Below are positions 17,728 through 27,883 of a stretch of DNA of 53,924 nt, one piece after another (positions within the stretch are counted from its first letter, which is position 1; each line of letters starts with the position of its first letter). The translations under genes and the position numbers were made by a program. Source of the DNA: an uncultured SAR324 cluster bacterium (GTDB lineage Bacteria; SAR324; NAC60-12). The DNA lies in the NCBI GenBank assembly GCA_902590435.1, contig CACIWU010000004.1, positions 1 through 53,924 on the forward strand, read 5' to 3'. The notes under the pieces are model-generated. The model was not told the DNA's origin. It saw only the letters and a list, made by a program, of their open reading frames with translations, and did not search any database.

Positions 17728-19617
17728 CTATCTTATTATTTTACGACGTTTTGTAGTTCGATGACGATAAATGATTATTCCAAAAGTTCCAACTATTAAA
17801 GGAACTAAAAGCAGATTAATCATTAATAATATTTGTCCTAATCTCTCTATATCTTGTCTCAAAATTTTGCGAACCTCTCTTAATTTTCTACGAGTTTGTC
17901 TTTCTTCATCTTTAAATTTTTGAATTTCAAGTTGAATCTCTTTAGGTAAAATTAATTCTTTCTGTTGATTCCCAGTAGAGTCGAGTAAATTGTTTAAACT
18001 TTTTTGTACTTCATCTAAATGTGCAAGAAGTAGTTTCTCTTCTTCTTGGTATCGAATTTGAGCTTGATTTTGCATAGCCAATAAACGGGTGAAAGGCCTT
18101 GAAAATCTTCCCCTAGATCTAATACTCATTAAAGCTTCATTACCTGATAGATGTTCTGCTGCATTGAGCATGAGGTTCATATTGTCATTCGTAGGCTGAA
18201 TTATTGTTTGTCCTAGAAAATTAAGTTTTTGTACTGAAAACTGATCTGACAAAAAATCCACATCGCTAAAGATCAAAATAGAATTTTGATCTTTAGCGAT
18301 TTTAAGATGCTTGTGTTTTAAAGGTGTTTGCTCCGATACCTCTTCATCTTTCTTTTTTTCTTTTGGCGGTTGCCCATTAGGAAAAGCACTTCTAAAAATA
18401 CCCTTTGTTATAGCCATAACTGCTTTTGAATCATTGTCTATAACCAAATCCCTTGATAGTTGTTTTGGTTCAGCAAATCGAAGTTGAAAAGCATCTATCA
18501 AACCACTATTTTCAGATAAAGATAGTAAAGGAAAAAATTCTGTATTACTATCTGCAATCTTTTTAAGAGAACCCGCTTCAACAAATAATAATTTTTCTAG
18601 CTGGGTAGTTATAGGATGACTCTGATCAAGAGATTCTGATCGGAATGACATCCACATAGGGAAACTCATTACTCCTTGTCCAGTATTAACTTGTGTTCCG
18701 TATAAGTGATCCCCAACAACTTTGTTTGATTTATATTCCACTCCCCAAACTTTTAGTAATTCTGGGAGATCACTTGTAAGCTGTGGTTGTTGCCCAAATC
18801 TGTTTTCTGGTGAAGTCATATCTATTCTGGCATTTGGATCAAGCAAAACAATTAACCTGCCACCTCGTAAAACATACTGATCTATTGCATACCTCAGTCT
18901 AAGGCTAAATCCTCGAGGATGTAATACTATCAACAAACTAATATTGTCTGGAATTTCTTGAGTTGTAACAGGTATAATTTCAACAGAAATAGATTTTTCT
19001 AATTCACTAAAAAAAGCCCATTTTTCCATTGGAGGCTGTCCAGGGATCATTGACCTACCTCCCTGCAGATTAAGAGCACTAAGTATTCCTACTTTAGAAT
19101 CAGAAGTTGAACTTACTTTTTGTATAGCCTGAGAAATATCATATTCCAAAAATTCCTGTCTGCGTTGGTCAAAATATGGAATAAGCATTTCTTGATCTAA
19201 CATCGAAATGACAGCTCCAAAAAAAACTTTGTTCCCCGAAGATAATGCTATAGTTTTTATACCAAATTTTTGAGCCCATTCTTCTTCCTCAGTATCAGGT
19301 TTAGGATCTGAAATTTCCAAAATCACTTTGCCACTTGAAATTTTTTCAAATTCTTCAAGTAATTCCCTAACGCGCTGAGCATAAGTCTTAAAATTTTGAG
19401 GAAGTTCTTCATTGTTTTTAGAAAAATAAAATTTAATCCTAATTGGATCTTTCAGGTTCTCTAAAATTTTTCTAGATCCTTCAGAAATAGTGTAAAGCCT
19501 ATCTTCTGTAAGATCAAATCGCAATGGAATGAAGGAAAATATAACATTAATAGAAACTAAACAAATAAGGAGCAAAATAACACTCCCTAGAGTACTAGGT
19601 AATGATAATGATTTCAT
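17728..19617 (-). CDS. GldG-like ABC transporter auxiliary/substrate-binding protein
   Basis: RFDLTEDRLYTIS, EYDISQAI, IDQYVLRGG and LMSIRSR, with a coiled coil and a C-terminal TM segment. Confidence 0.85.
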   Translation of the reverse strand: MKSLSLPSTLGSVILLLICLVSINVIFSFIPLRFDLTEDRLYTISEGSRKILENLKDPIRIKFYFSKNNEELPQNFKTYAQRVRELLEEFEKISSGKVILEISDPKPDTEEEEWAQKFGIKTIALSSGNKVFFGAVISMLDQEMLIPYFDQRRQEFLEYDISQAIQKVSSTSDSKVGILSALNLQGGRSMIPGQPPMEKWAFFSELEKSISVEIIPVTTQEIPDNISLLIVLHPRGFSLRLRYAIDQYVLRGGRLIVLLDPNARIDMTSPENRFGQQPQLTSDLPELLKVWGVEYKSNKVVGDHLYGTQVNTGQGVMSFPMWMSFRSESLDQSHPITTQLEKLLFVEAGSLKKIADSNTEFFPLLSLSENSGLIDAFQLRFAEPKQLSRDLVIDNDSKAVMAITKGIFRSAFPNGQPPKEKKKDEEVSEQTPLKHKHLKIAKDQNSILIFSDVDFLSDQFSVQKLNFLGQTIIQPTNDNMNLMLNAAEHLSGNEALMSIRSRGRFSRPFTRLLAMQNQAQIRYQEEEKLLLAHLDEVQKSLNNLLDSTGNQQKELILPKEIQLEIQKFKDEERQTRRKLREVRKILRQDIERLGQILLMINLLLVPLIVGTFGIIIYRHRTTKRRKIIR

Positions 19618-19682
19618 TATTTTTTAAAGTTCTTAGTTAATTAAATATTATTTTGTTTTTTAAAATATTTTTTCTAATTTTT

Positions 19683-20417
19683 TCAAGAGGACTTGTAAGA
19701 TTCGATTACCACAACGTTTAACATTAGAACGACAACTATGATCGAAACAAAATAAACTAAATCTCTTATGTCAATCACTCCCCTACGCAAAGCATTAAAA
19801 TGAGTCGTAAAACTAAATTGATTTATAAGATCGCTTATCCAAACTGGGAAAATAGTGTTTAAAGTTTCGTTTAAAACTCCCCAACCTAAAAATACCAAGA
19901 TTAAACAAATAACAACGCTTAGTATAAAACTTATTACCTGATTCTTTGTCATAGCAGAAGTACAACTGGCTATTGCTAAATAAGATCCTGCCATCAAAAA
20001 ACTTCCAATATAGCCTGTTATTATGGGCCCATTGTCTGGATCCCCCAAAAAATGAACTGTAATAATCATAGGAAAAGTAAGAAAAAGGGAAATACCTATA
20101 AAAATCCATCCAGCAAAAAATTTAGAAAAAACTGTAGTAGTCAATCTTACAGGGAAAGTTAACAATATTTCACCAGTACCGGCACGTCTTTCTTCTGCCC
20201 AAAGTCTCATGCCGACTGCTGGAATGAGGAACAAATAAAGCCAAGGATGAAAAAGAAAGAAAATTTCAAGACTTGCTTGTTGTGAATTATAAAAATTACC
20301 TAACATAAAAGTACATCCTGCATTTGCTACTAAAAATATTATAATAAATACATATGCAACTGGTGATCTAAAATAAGCAAATAATTCACGTTTGAAAATC
20401 GGGAAGAAACCAATCAT
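19683..20417 (-). CDS. ABC-2 permease, GldF-like
   Basis: FKRELFAYFRSPVAYVF, MRLWAEERRAGTGE and RGVIDIRD. Confidence 0.88.
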   Translation of the reverse strand: MIGFFPIFKRELFAYFRSPVAYVFIIIFLVANAGCTFMLGNFYNSQQASLEIFFLFHPWLYLFLIPAVGMRLWAEERRAGTGEILLTFPVRLTTTVFSKFFAGWIFIGISLFLTFPMIITVHFLGDPDNGPIITGYIGSFLMAGSYLAIASCTSAMTKNQVISFILSVVICLILVFLGWGVLNETLNTIFPVWISDLINQFSFTTHFNALRRGVIDIRDLVYFVSIIVVVLMLNVVVIESYKSS

Positions 20418-20485
20418 AACTAATCTCTACTTTTTAAATTAATAATTTTGGGTTAATGGCTGTATTTTTTATAAATAACAATAAT

Positions 20486-21418
20486 TTAGTTAGTAAGTTC
20501 ACGAAATACTTCATCAAGGCGACCACGATTTACATTAAATTGTTCTATTGCTATTTTTTGAGAAAATAAATACTCTTCCAGTTTTAATGCAATAGATTCT
20601 TTATTTTCTGGGAAAAGACGCATTGTAACCATATCATCTCTCTTGTTAGCAATTCTTTCAACTGAATATACAAAATCAAGCTTGTTAAATTTTTCAAGTA
20701 ATTTTGCTGGATCAGCTCCATTCACACTTACAGTAACAGAATTTCGATACATAGATTGAGCCATTAATTCATCTGGAGTTCCATACCCAACTACTTTTCC
20801 ATCAGAAATAATAATTGCACGAGAACAAACAGCATCAACCTCTTCTAATATGTGAGTAGATATCAAAATAGTTCTTTCTTCACTCATGTTTTGGATAAGA
20901 GAACGGACCTCATGTTTTTGATTTGGATCAAGTCCATCAGTAGGCTCATCTAGTATAAGTACTGGGGGATCGTGAATTAATGCTTGTGCAAGGCAAGTGC
21001 GTTGTCTAAATCCCTTAGATAGGGTATCTATCATTTGATTCTTAACATCACCAAGAGAAGTCATTTCAATAACAATACTAACCCTTTTTTTTAATTCTTT
21101 GCCCCTAAATCCTCTTACTTCTGCAACAAAATTTAAAAATTCAATTACTAACATTTCATCGTATGAAGGAGCGCTTTCGGGAAGGTATCCAATTTGCTCA
21201 CGGACTTGAAGCGGATTCTCTAAAATACTGTAACCACAAACTTCAGCTGTTCCTGAAGTGGGAGGAATAAAACATGTCAACATTTTCATAGTTGTCGATT
21301 TTCCCGCCCCGTTAGGTCCAAGGAAGCCTAATACTTCTCCTGGTTTAACCTCGAATGAAACTTGATCAACCGCCTGAATATTGTTAAAATTCTTACTCAA
21401 TGCTTGAACGCTTATCAT
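20486..21418 (-). CDS. ABC transporter ATP-binding protein, GldA-like
   Basis: Walker A GPNGAGKST, signature LSKGFRQR, Walker B LILDEPT and STH switch. Confidence 0.92.
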   Translation of the reverse strand: MISVQALSKNFNNIQAVDQVSFEVKPGEVLGFLGPNGAGKSTTMKMLTCFIPPTSGTAEVCGYSILENPLQVREQIGYLPESAPSYDEMLVIEFLNFVAEVRGFRGKELKKRVSIVIEMTSLGDVKNQMIDTLSKGFRQRTCLAQALIHDPPVLILDEPTDGLDPNQKHEVRSLIQNMSEERTILISTHILEEVDAVCSRAIIISDGKVVGYGTPDELMAQSMYRNSVTVSVNGADPAKLLEKFNKLDFVYSVERIANKRDDMVTMRLFPENKESIALKLEEYLFSQKIAIEQFNVNRGRLDEVFRELTN

Positions 21419-21546
21419 TTTTAATCCGATTTAGAAGACTAAAATTTAACTAGTGAATAAAGGTCATTATTATACAACTTCTTTAATTTTGTATCAAGGG
21501 GAAATGGTTAATTTTTTAAAAATTTTTTAATCAAATATTAAGAAAA

Positions 21547-22356
21547 ATGAAAAATTTTTTTTTATTCCCCAAAGACTTTCGCCGAAATTTAGAAAATGAA
21601 ATTCCTATGCTTAATCCAGATTTAGAAGGAGGGAGTTTTCATTGGGAGAGTGGTGAAATAGGCATATTGTTTATTCATGGTCTAACCACTACTACAGCTG
21701 AAGTTCGCCCTTTGGCTAAAAGATTCAAAGAGAAAGGATTCACAGTTTCAGGGATTCTACTTCCCGGTCATGGAACAACACCTGAAGATTTAAATAAAAC
21801 TCATAGGAAATATTGGATAAAGGAAAGTGAAAAAGCCTACTTAAAGCTTAAAGCTAAATGTTCAACTGTATTTATAGCGGCATCGTCCGCCGGATGCTTA
21901 ATTGCATTGCACCTCGCAAGCAAATATCATGAAATAAATGGACTTCTTCTATATGCACCAGCAATGAAATTAGCAATATCATTTATTAAAACTTTACTTT
22001 TGATAATTGCTTCTCCATTTGTTTTTTCAGCAAAAAAAATATACGAAAATAGAAATGGGATGCCATGGCAAGGATACAAAGTTAACCCTCTAAAAGCAGG
22101 CATTCAATTGTTAAAATTACAATCGGAAACTCAAAAATGCCTTCATAGAATTTATCAGCCAATTCTTATTATCCAAGCAAGTCTAGATAAAACTGTTGAT
22201 TTAAAAAGTGGAGAAATGATATCTAAAGGAGTACAATCACCTGTATGTGAATCTTACTGGATGTATAAATCAAATCATGTAGTTATACTAGATCAAGAAT
22301 TTGAAGAAGTTCTGGAAATAAGTTTAGATTTTATAAAGACATTAATTACTAAATGA
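21547..22356 (+). CDS. Alpha/beta-hydrolase, carboxylesterase/monoacylglycerol lipase-like
   Basis: FIHGLT, LPGHGT, nucleophile elbow ASSAG, Asp in DKTVD and His in SNHV. Confidence 0.8.
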   Translation: MKNFFLFPKDFRRNLENEIPMLNPDLEGGSFHWESGEIGILFIHGLTTTTAEVRPLAKRFKEKGFTVSGILLPGHGTTPEDLNKTHRKYWIKESEKAYLKLKAKCSTVFIAASSAGCLIALHLASKYHEINGLLLYAPAMKLAISFIKTLLLIIASPFVFSAKKIYENRNGMPWQGYKVNPLKAGIQLLKLQSETQKCLHRIYQPILIIQASLDKTVDLKSGEMISKGVQSPVCESYWMYKSNHVVILDQEFEEVLEISLDFIKTLITK

Positions 22357-22490
22357 ACAAATATAAATATATATTAAACAAAAATATGTTTTATTTTGAG
22401 TAATATCTGAAATTTTATTTTTACTTTTAAAAAAATTAAAGAATTGAAACTAACTGTACATTTAAATTTTTAACTGGTTAAGAAATTTTT

Positions 22491-24497
22491 ATGAAACCAA
22501 TTGAATTACCCAATTTTGTAGAATTAATCAAAAAAAGAGCTTTAAAACACCCCAATAGAGATTGTGTTATTTTTTTGAAGGATGGTGATAATAATGCCGT
22601 TACTATGTCATATTTAGAAAATGATTATTTCGCCCGTCTTGTCGCATCAAACCTTCAAAATAGAAAAATTAATAAAGGAGATAGAGTCCTTATTATGCTT
22701 CCGAATTCCTTAGAGTTTGTAAAAATTTTTTTTGGTTGTATGTACGGAGGAATGCTTGCTGTTCCTTTATCAGAGCCCGCTAGTCAAGAAAACATGGATG
22801 CATATCTAGAAACATTTTTACCAACATTGAAAGTTAGTAAGCCAAGTTTACTTATAGCAACAACTTACATGGTTAATTTTTTACGGAACAAATTGTCCAA
22901 TCAACTTGCAAACGTATTTTCGGATCTCAAAATAGCTTCTGATGAAGAAATTTTATCGGATAATTCACGAGAATATTCTTGTCCTCATATCAAAGAAAAT
23001 GATACTGCCTACTTACAATTCACCTCAGGAAGTACAGGCTCACCTAAAGGTATAATGATAGGTCACAATAACCTGATGGTAAATCTAGAAGAAGCAAGAA
23101 AGTTTATGCAAATTGAGGAAAAAAGTGGTACCGCTGTTTGGCTACCACTCTTTCATGATTTTGGCTTAGCTGCCGGACTGATGGGATCTATATTTTCAGG
23201 AGGTTTCACCGTTTTAATGACTCCAGCGCATTTTATTAGAAAACCACTGAGATGGCTTAAAGCAATTTCAAAATTTAACTGTGCTCATAGTTATGTTCCT
23301 CCATTTGCATTGGATTTATGTATGAAAAAAATTTCTGATGAAGAACTTAAAAAGTTGGATTTATCCTGTTTGATCTCTATTACTGAAGGGTCAGAACCTG
23401 TTCACTATTATCCTACAAAAAAGTTTATTGAGCGATTTTCAGAATGTGGTTTAAAATCGAATGTAATTAGACCAGGTTTTGGAATGGCAGAAATCGTAAT
23501 CATGTTTTCAGGTTGTAAAGAAGGGTTAAAAGGACTTTGTGTAGATAGAAAACTTTTTGAAACAGAGGGTAAAATTAAAATGTTTAGAGAAGATTCAACG
23601 GATAAAGATAAAAAGATGCTTGTTAATTTAGGTTCACAAATGGATAGTCACGAAATAATTATTACAGGTGATGGGAACCAACCACTGCCCGAAGGTAAAG
23701 TTGGTGAGTTGATGATAAGTGGTCCGTCTGTTGCTAAAGGATACTATAAAAATGCCTCTGCTACAAAAGAAATTTTTCACCAAAATATTCAAGGCAAAGA
23801 AAACTTATATTTATCGACTGGTGATAAAGCTGTAATTTGGAATGGTGATCTTTATTTTGCTGGCAGGAAAAAGGATATAATTATAATTCGTGGAAGGAAT
23901 TATTATCCACAAGATATTGAACATGTACTTTCTAAAATTGAAGAATTACGTCCAGGTTGCTTAATGGCTTTTTCCTCTGAAAATGAAAACGGATCAGAGT
24001 ACTTGTCATTAGGAGTAGAAGTACGTTCTGATTTAATTAAAAATTTGGAAGTTTTTATAAAATATATTTTAAACTCAATTGACCAGAAAATTATTGAGAC
24101 TGTAATGAAATATTTTCAAATTACTCCCATAGAACGATTATATTTAAAACCAGGATCTATAAGAAAAACATCAAGTGGTAAAATCAAACATTTGCATAAC
24201 AAAAAAATGTTTGAACAATTAAATTTCACTGGTTTGATTAAACGGGTTAAATCATCATCTGATAAAAATTTACAAAATAATGATGACAAAATTTCGACAA
24301 TTGAAGCTGAACTTTTATCTCTTTTTGAAAAAATAATTTCAATTCCACCGAATACTAATAAACCTATTTTAGATTATGGGGTGGATTCGGTTTTGATTGT
24401 AGAATTAGTTGATCAAATAGAGACTAAATTTTCAATAAATCTTGATATTCAAGACAATACAACGCTTAGAGACATTGAACAACAGATCAAAGATTAG
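22491..24497 (+). CDS. Fatty acyl-AMP ligase fused to a C-terminal acyl carrier protein
   Basis: FAAL-type motifs YLQFTSGSTGSPKG, WLPLFHDFGL, FGMAE, GRNYYPQDIE and KTSSGKI. The ACP motif YGVDSV carries the phosphopantetheine Ser. Confidence 0.88.
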   Translation: MKPIELPNFVELIKKRALKHPNRDCVIFLKDGDNNAVTMSYLENDYFARLVASNLQNRKINKGDRVLIMLPNSLEFVKIFFGCMYGGMLAVPLSEPASQENMDAYLETFLPTLKVSKPSLLIATTYMVNFLRNKLSNQLANVFSDLKIASDEEILSDNSREYSCPHIKENDTAYLQFTSGSTGSPKGIMIGHNNLMVNLEEARKFMQIEEKSGTAVWLPLFHDFGLAAGLMGSIFSGGFTVLMTPAHFIRKPLRWLKAISKFNCAHSYVPPFALDLCMKKISDEELKKLDLSCLISITEGSEPVHYYPTKKFIERFSECGLKSNVIRPGFGMAEIVIMFSGCKEGLKGLCVDRKLFETEGKIKMFREDSTDKDKKMLVNLGSQMDSHEIIITGDGNQPLPEGKVGELMISGPSVAKGYYKNASATKEIFHQNIQGKENLYLSTGDKAVIWNGDLYFAGRKKDIIIIRGRNYYPQDIEHVLSKIEELRPGCLMAFSSENENGSEYLSLGVEVRSDLIKNLEVFIKYILNSIDQKIIETVMKYFQITPIERLYLKPGSIRKTSSGKIKHLHNKKMFEQLNFTGLIKRVKSSSDKNLQNNDDKISTIEAELLSLFEKIISIPPNTNKPILDYGVDSVLIVELVDQIETKFSINLDIQDNTTLRDIEQQIKD

Positions 24498-25488
24498 ATT
24501 TTAATTTTTGTATTTGACTAAGTAACAAATTAAAATCTTTAGGTATCTTGGATACAAATTCATACCACTCTCCAGAAAAAGGATGTTTGAATCCTAGTAT
24601 TTCAGCATGTAGTGCTTGACGACTAAATTTAGAGATAGATCTTTTTAATTCAATCGGTAATAGAGAAAATATTTTTTTTGGTGTCTTACCGTATTGTTGA
24701 TCTCCTACGAGTGGGTGTCCAATCGAATTTAAATGTACCCTAATTTGATGTGTGCGCCCTGTTTCTAACCTACAAGCAAGTAATGAAAAAAAATCATACC
24801 TTTGCAATACTCGCCAATGAGTAATTGCATTTTTGCCCTTTTTTACTCTTTTACCTTGTGCTTTCGAATCATTTGTTAAAATGGCTATTTCTTTTCTACG
24901 AATAGGATGGCGACCTAATGCTGCATCAATTTTTCCAAATTCATTTTTTGGAACTCCCCAAACCAAAGCCTGATATTGTCTTTTTACTGAATGATTTTTG
25001 AATTGAGCTGACAAATCCATATGAGCTACATTGGTTTTTGCCACTACAATTAATCCTGAAGTATCTTTATCGATTCTATGTACTATCCCAGGTCTCAAGA
25101 CTTCTCCAATTCCTGAAAAATCTTTACAATGATGCATTAAATAATTAACTAGTGTACCTGTTTTGTGTCCTACCGATGGATGAACAACTATGCCAGCTTT
25201 CTTATTTACAACAATTAAATGTGAATCTTCAAAAATTATTTCTAAGTCCCCTTTTTCTGGAAGAATACTTGCAGATTTTATTGGAGGAATTGACAGTTTA
25301 ATTTCTTGTCCAGCAGAGACTTTTCTAGAAGGTGACAAAACTTGCTGACCATTTAACAATACAAATCCTGATTTTAAAAATCTTTGAGCTTGTGCACGAG
25401 AGACAACATCTGTTATGGATGACAGGACTTGATCCAATCTCAATCCATTTTCATTTTTTGAAACATAACGAAAAATATACTCACTCAT
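24487..25488 (-). CDS. rluD: 23S rRNA pseudouridine synthase RluD
   Basis: S4 domain RLDQ, RPGIVHRIDKDTSG, LETGRTHQIRVH and RQALHA. Confidence 0.92.
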   Translation of the reverse strand: MSEYIFRYVSKNENGLRLDQVLSSITDVVSRAQAQRFLKSGFVLLNGQQVLSPSRKVSAGQEIKLSIPPIKSASILPEKGDLEIIFEDSHLIVVNKKAGIVVHPSVGHKTGTLVNYLMHHCKDFSGIGEVLRPGIVHRIDKDTSGLIVVAKTNVAHMDLSAQFKNHSVKRQYQALVWGVPKNEFGKIDAALGRHPIRRKEIAILTNDSKAQGKRVKKGKNAITHWRVLQRYDFFSLLACRLETGRTHQIRVHLNSIGHPLVGDQQYGKTPKKIFSLLPIELKRSISKFSRQALHAEILGFKHPFSGEWYEFVSKIPKDFNLLLSQIQKLKSNL

Positions 25489-26633
25489 AAAAGCTTACTT
25501 TCATAAAGTTTTTTTAAAGCACGTTCTATATTCGCTATAGATTGAGCATAACTTAATCTGATATAGCCTTCACCCCCTGATCCAAAATCTCTTCCGGGAG
25601 CAATAGCAACGCCTGTTTTTTCAAGAACTTCTAAACAAAAGTCAAAAGAAGATTTTTTGTTATTTTTATATTTATACATAACATAAAAAGCTCCTGTTGG
25701 TTTGTAACCAGGATCCATACCAAGCTCTTTTAAAAGATTTAAAATATAAATACGTCTATGATCAAATTCTAATTTCATTTTTTCACAATAGTCTTTACTT
25801 TTTTGTAGAACGGAAATACCAGCTTCTTGCACAAATTCTGTTGCTGAAATCATTAAATTCTGATGCAATCGGTCTGCAGCAAAGATCCATTCCTTTGGAG
25901 AAATAAGATAACCAAGACGCCAACCCGTCATAGCGTAATATTTAGAAAAACCATTAATAGCAACAGTTTGCTGTGAAAAATTCAAAAAACTCTTAGGCTT
26001 TTCTTCAAAACTTAAATCGGCATAAATTTCATCAGATATAACAGGAATATCTAGTTCAGCAAGTTCCATCATAACTTCATTAGAAAAAACTACACCAGTT
26101 GGATTCATTGGAGAATTTATAAGAATTGCCTTAGTCTTTTTGGTTAATTTTTTTTTAAGTTCATTAACATTCAATTGGAATCCATCTTCTTGTCTAAGCT
26201 TTACTATAACAGGTACTGCACCAGCCAATCGAATTACATTTTCATAGCATGCATAACATGGATCCGTAATAATAACTTCACTACCAAATGGAGCAAGAAG
26301 ACGAATAGAAAGATAAAGCAAAAAAGATGTTCCATTAGAAACTAAAACTTGATCTGGAAGAATTTCTACACCATAATCACGTGAATATTTTTTAACAATT
26401 TCATTCCTCAATCCTTCTAGGCCTCTAGAAAAAGTATACCCTGCATCGTTATTCTTCATACTATTTAGAACAGATTTTAATGCATCTTCTGGTGCTGAAA
26501 AGTCAGGCTCTCCAAATTCAAGATGAATAATTTCATGTCCTAAACTTTCAAGTTTTTTGGCTCTAGAAAAAATTTCCATTGCCAAAAAAGATCCAATAGA
26601 GTCTAGATGTGAAGTTTGTTTAATGTTAATCAT
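25485..26633 (-). CDS. PLP-dependent aminotransferase class I/II
   Basis: GEPDF, NSPMNPTG, SDEIY and GFSKYYAMTGWRLG. Confidence 0.9.
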   Translation of the reverse strand: MINIKQTSHLDSIGSFLAMEIFSRAKKLESLGHEIIHLEFGEPDFSAPEDALKSVLNSMKNNDAGYTFSRGLEGLRNEIVKKYSRDYGVEILPDQVLVSNGTSFLLYLSIRLLAPFGSEVIITDPCYACYENVIRLAGAVPVIVKLRQEDGFQLNVNELKKKLTKKTKAILINSPMNPTGVVFSNEVMMELAELDIPVISDEIYADLSFEEKPKSFLNFSQQTVAINGFSKYYAMTGWRLGYLISPKEWIFAADRLHQNLMISATEFVQEAGISVLQKSKDYCEKMKLEFDHRRIYILNLLKELGMDPGYKPTGAFYVMYKYKNNKKSSFDFCLEVLEKTGVAIAPGRDFGSGGEGYIRLSYAQSIANIERALKKLYESKLL

Positions 26634-26713
26634 TTTTTCAAAAAACTATTTTAAAGATTAAGATATAAATCTAAAAATATATTAATTATTTTAGTAATTT
26701 GGTTAGTAAATTA

Positions 26714-27805
26714 CTAAATATTTTCCCGTTTTTTTTCTCCAAGCTTATATCGTTTAGATCCATCAAGATATTTTAAACCATCTTCGTAAGTATGAGGAAG
26801 AATATTTGGCACTAGTCGTTGTATTCGATCTATATTTTCGAGAATTTCAAATGTAAAATAACAGACGTTTGTTGTTTGCTTTTTTCCTGAATTTGGATGA
26901 ATAACCTCGTTAACTACCTCGACCATCAATTTATTTTCTTTAGTATAAACAACCGTACCTTGGATAGAAAGAATTGAACCAATTTCAACTGGTTTTAGAA
27001 AATACATATGATCCATGCTTAAAAAGTTTGGCATTTTTTTACAGAAAAGATAGGATATATTCCACGCAATCTCATAGGCTTCTTTCATTAGGAACCCACC
27101 AAATATTTTATTATGGACATTGCGAGATTGAGGCTGCATGATCAAAGTTGATTGTCTAATAGATTCTTTCATGGAGACCCCTTCAATTTCCCTATTTTTA
27201 ATTCTTAGAAAAAGATCGTGAATAAGATTATTTTCTTCCGCGGTAGGGGTTTGGATCAGATAACTAGTTTGAGCTATAGACCTTCTCTCTTTCTGCCTAT
27301 ATTTTCCCTCTTTAAACCTACGAAATTCATCTTTTTTTGTGGGTTTTATCTTATTGACAGGCTCTGCTTTCCCATTTATAAGAGCAACCATTATAAAATA
27401 TGCTCTTGCAACTCTCTTCCATTTTTCATTTTCCTTTGATGAAACCTTAATTCCAACTTCAATAGAACTTCTACCAACCCAATTAACACTCGCAAGAATT
27501 TGCAAGTCACAGTTACTTCGTAATTCATCCAACAAATCTATTCTGTCACATGCCGCTGTAACTATTGTTAATCCTCTTTCCAAGCCTTCAGTATGTTTAT
27601 ATGCCACGCGTCCAGCAATAAAATCAAGGTCCTCCAACAATTTACCCAATCTTAATCCATCAAAGAAGTTTATATAACTGTCTCTTAGCTTCAAATCTGT
27701 ACCGAAAGGTAAAATTTTTTCAAAAGCTGAGTCAGAAACAACACGAGATACTGGAGGGTTACAAAATTTACTTCTATTTTTTTTGTTGATATTTAATTTT
27801 GACAT
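26714..27805 (-). CDS. Double hot-dog acyl-CoA thioesterase, ACOT9-like
   Basis: RLGKLLEDLD, IVTAACDRI, WVGRSSIEV, RNVHNKIFGGFLM and FLKPVEIGS. Confidence 0.82.
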   Translation of the reverse strand: MSKLNINKKNRSKFCNPPVSRVVSDSAFEKILPFGTDLKLRDSYINFFDGLRLGKLLEDLDFIAGRVAYKHTEGLERGLTIVTAACDRIDLLDELRSNCDLQILASVNWVGRSSIEVGIKVSSKENEKWKRVARAYFIMVALINGKAEPVNKIKPTKKDEFRRFKEGKYRQKERRSIAQTSYLIQTPTAEENNLIHDLFLRIKNREIEGVSMKESIRQSTLIMQPQSRNVHNKIFGGFLMKEAYEIAWNISYLFCKKMPNFLSMDHMYFLKPVEIGSILSIQGTVVYTKENKLMVEVVNEVIHPNSGKKQTTNVCYFTFEILENIDRIQRLVPNILPHTYEDGLKYLDGSKRYKLGEKKRENI

Positions 27806-27883
27806 CGAAAAGATACTTAAATATTTTTTTATTATAGATACGATAAATTTTTAATAGTTGATTTTATTTTTTTTTAAATTTTT

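Noticed and set aside
17728-21418. Evidence for gliding motility from Gld-like genes
   Set aside because: GldAFG-like ABC systems are widespread in non-gliding bacteria, and no motor genes are present in the window.
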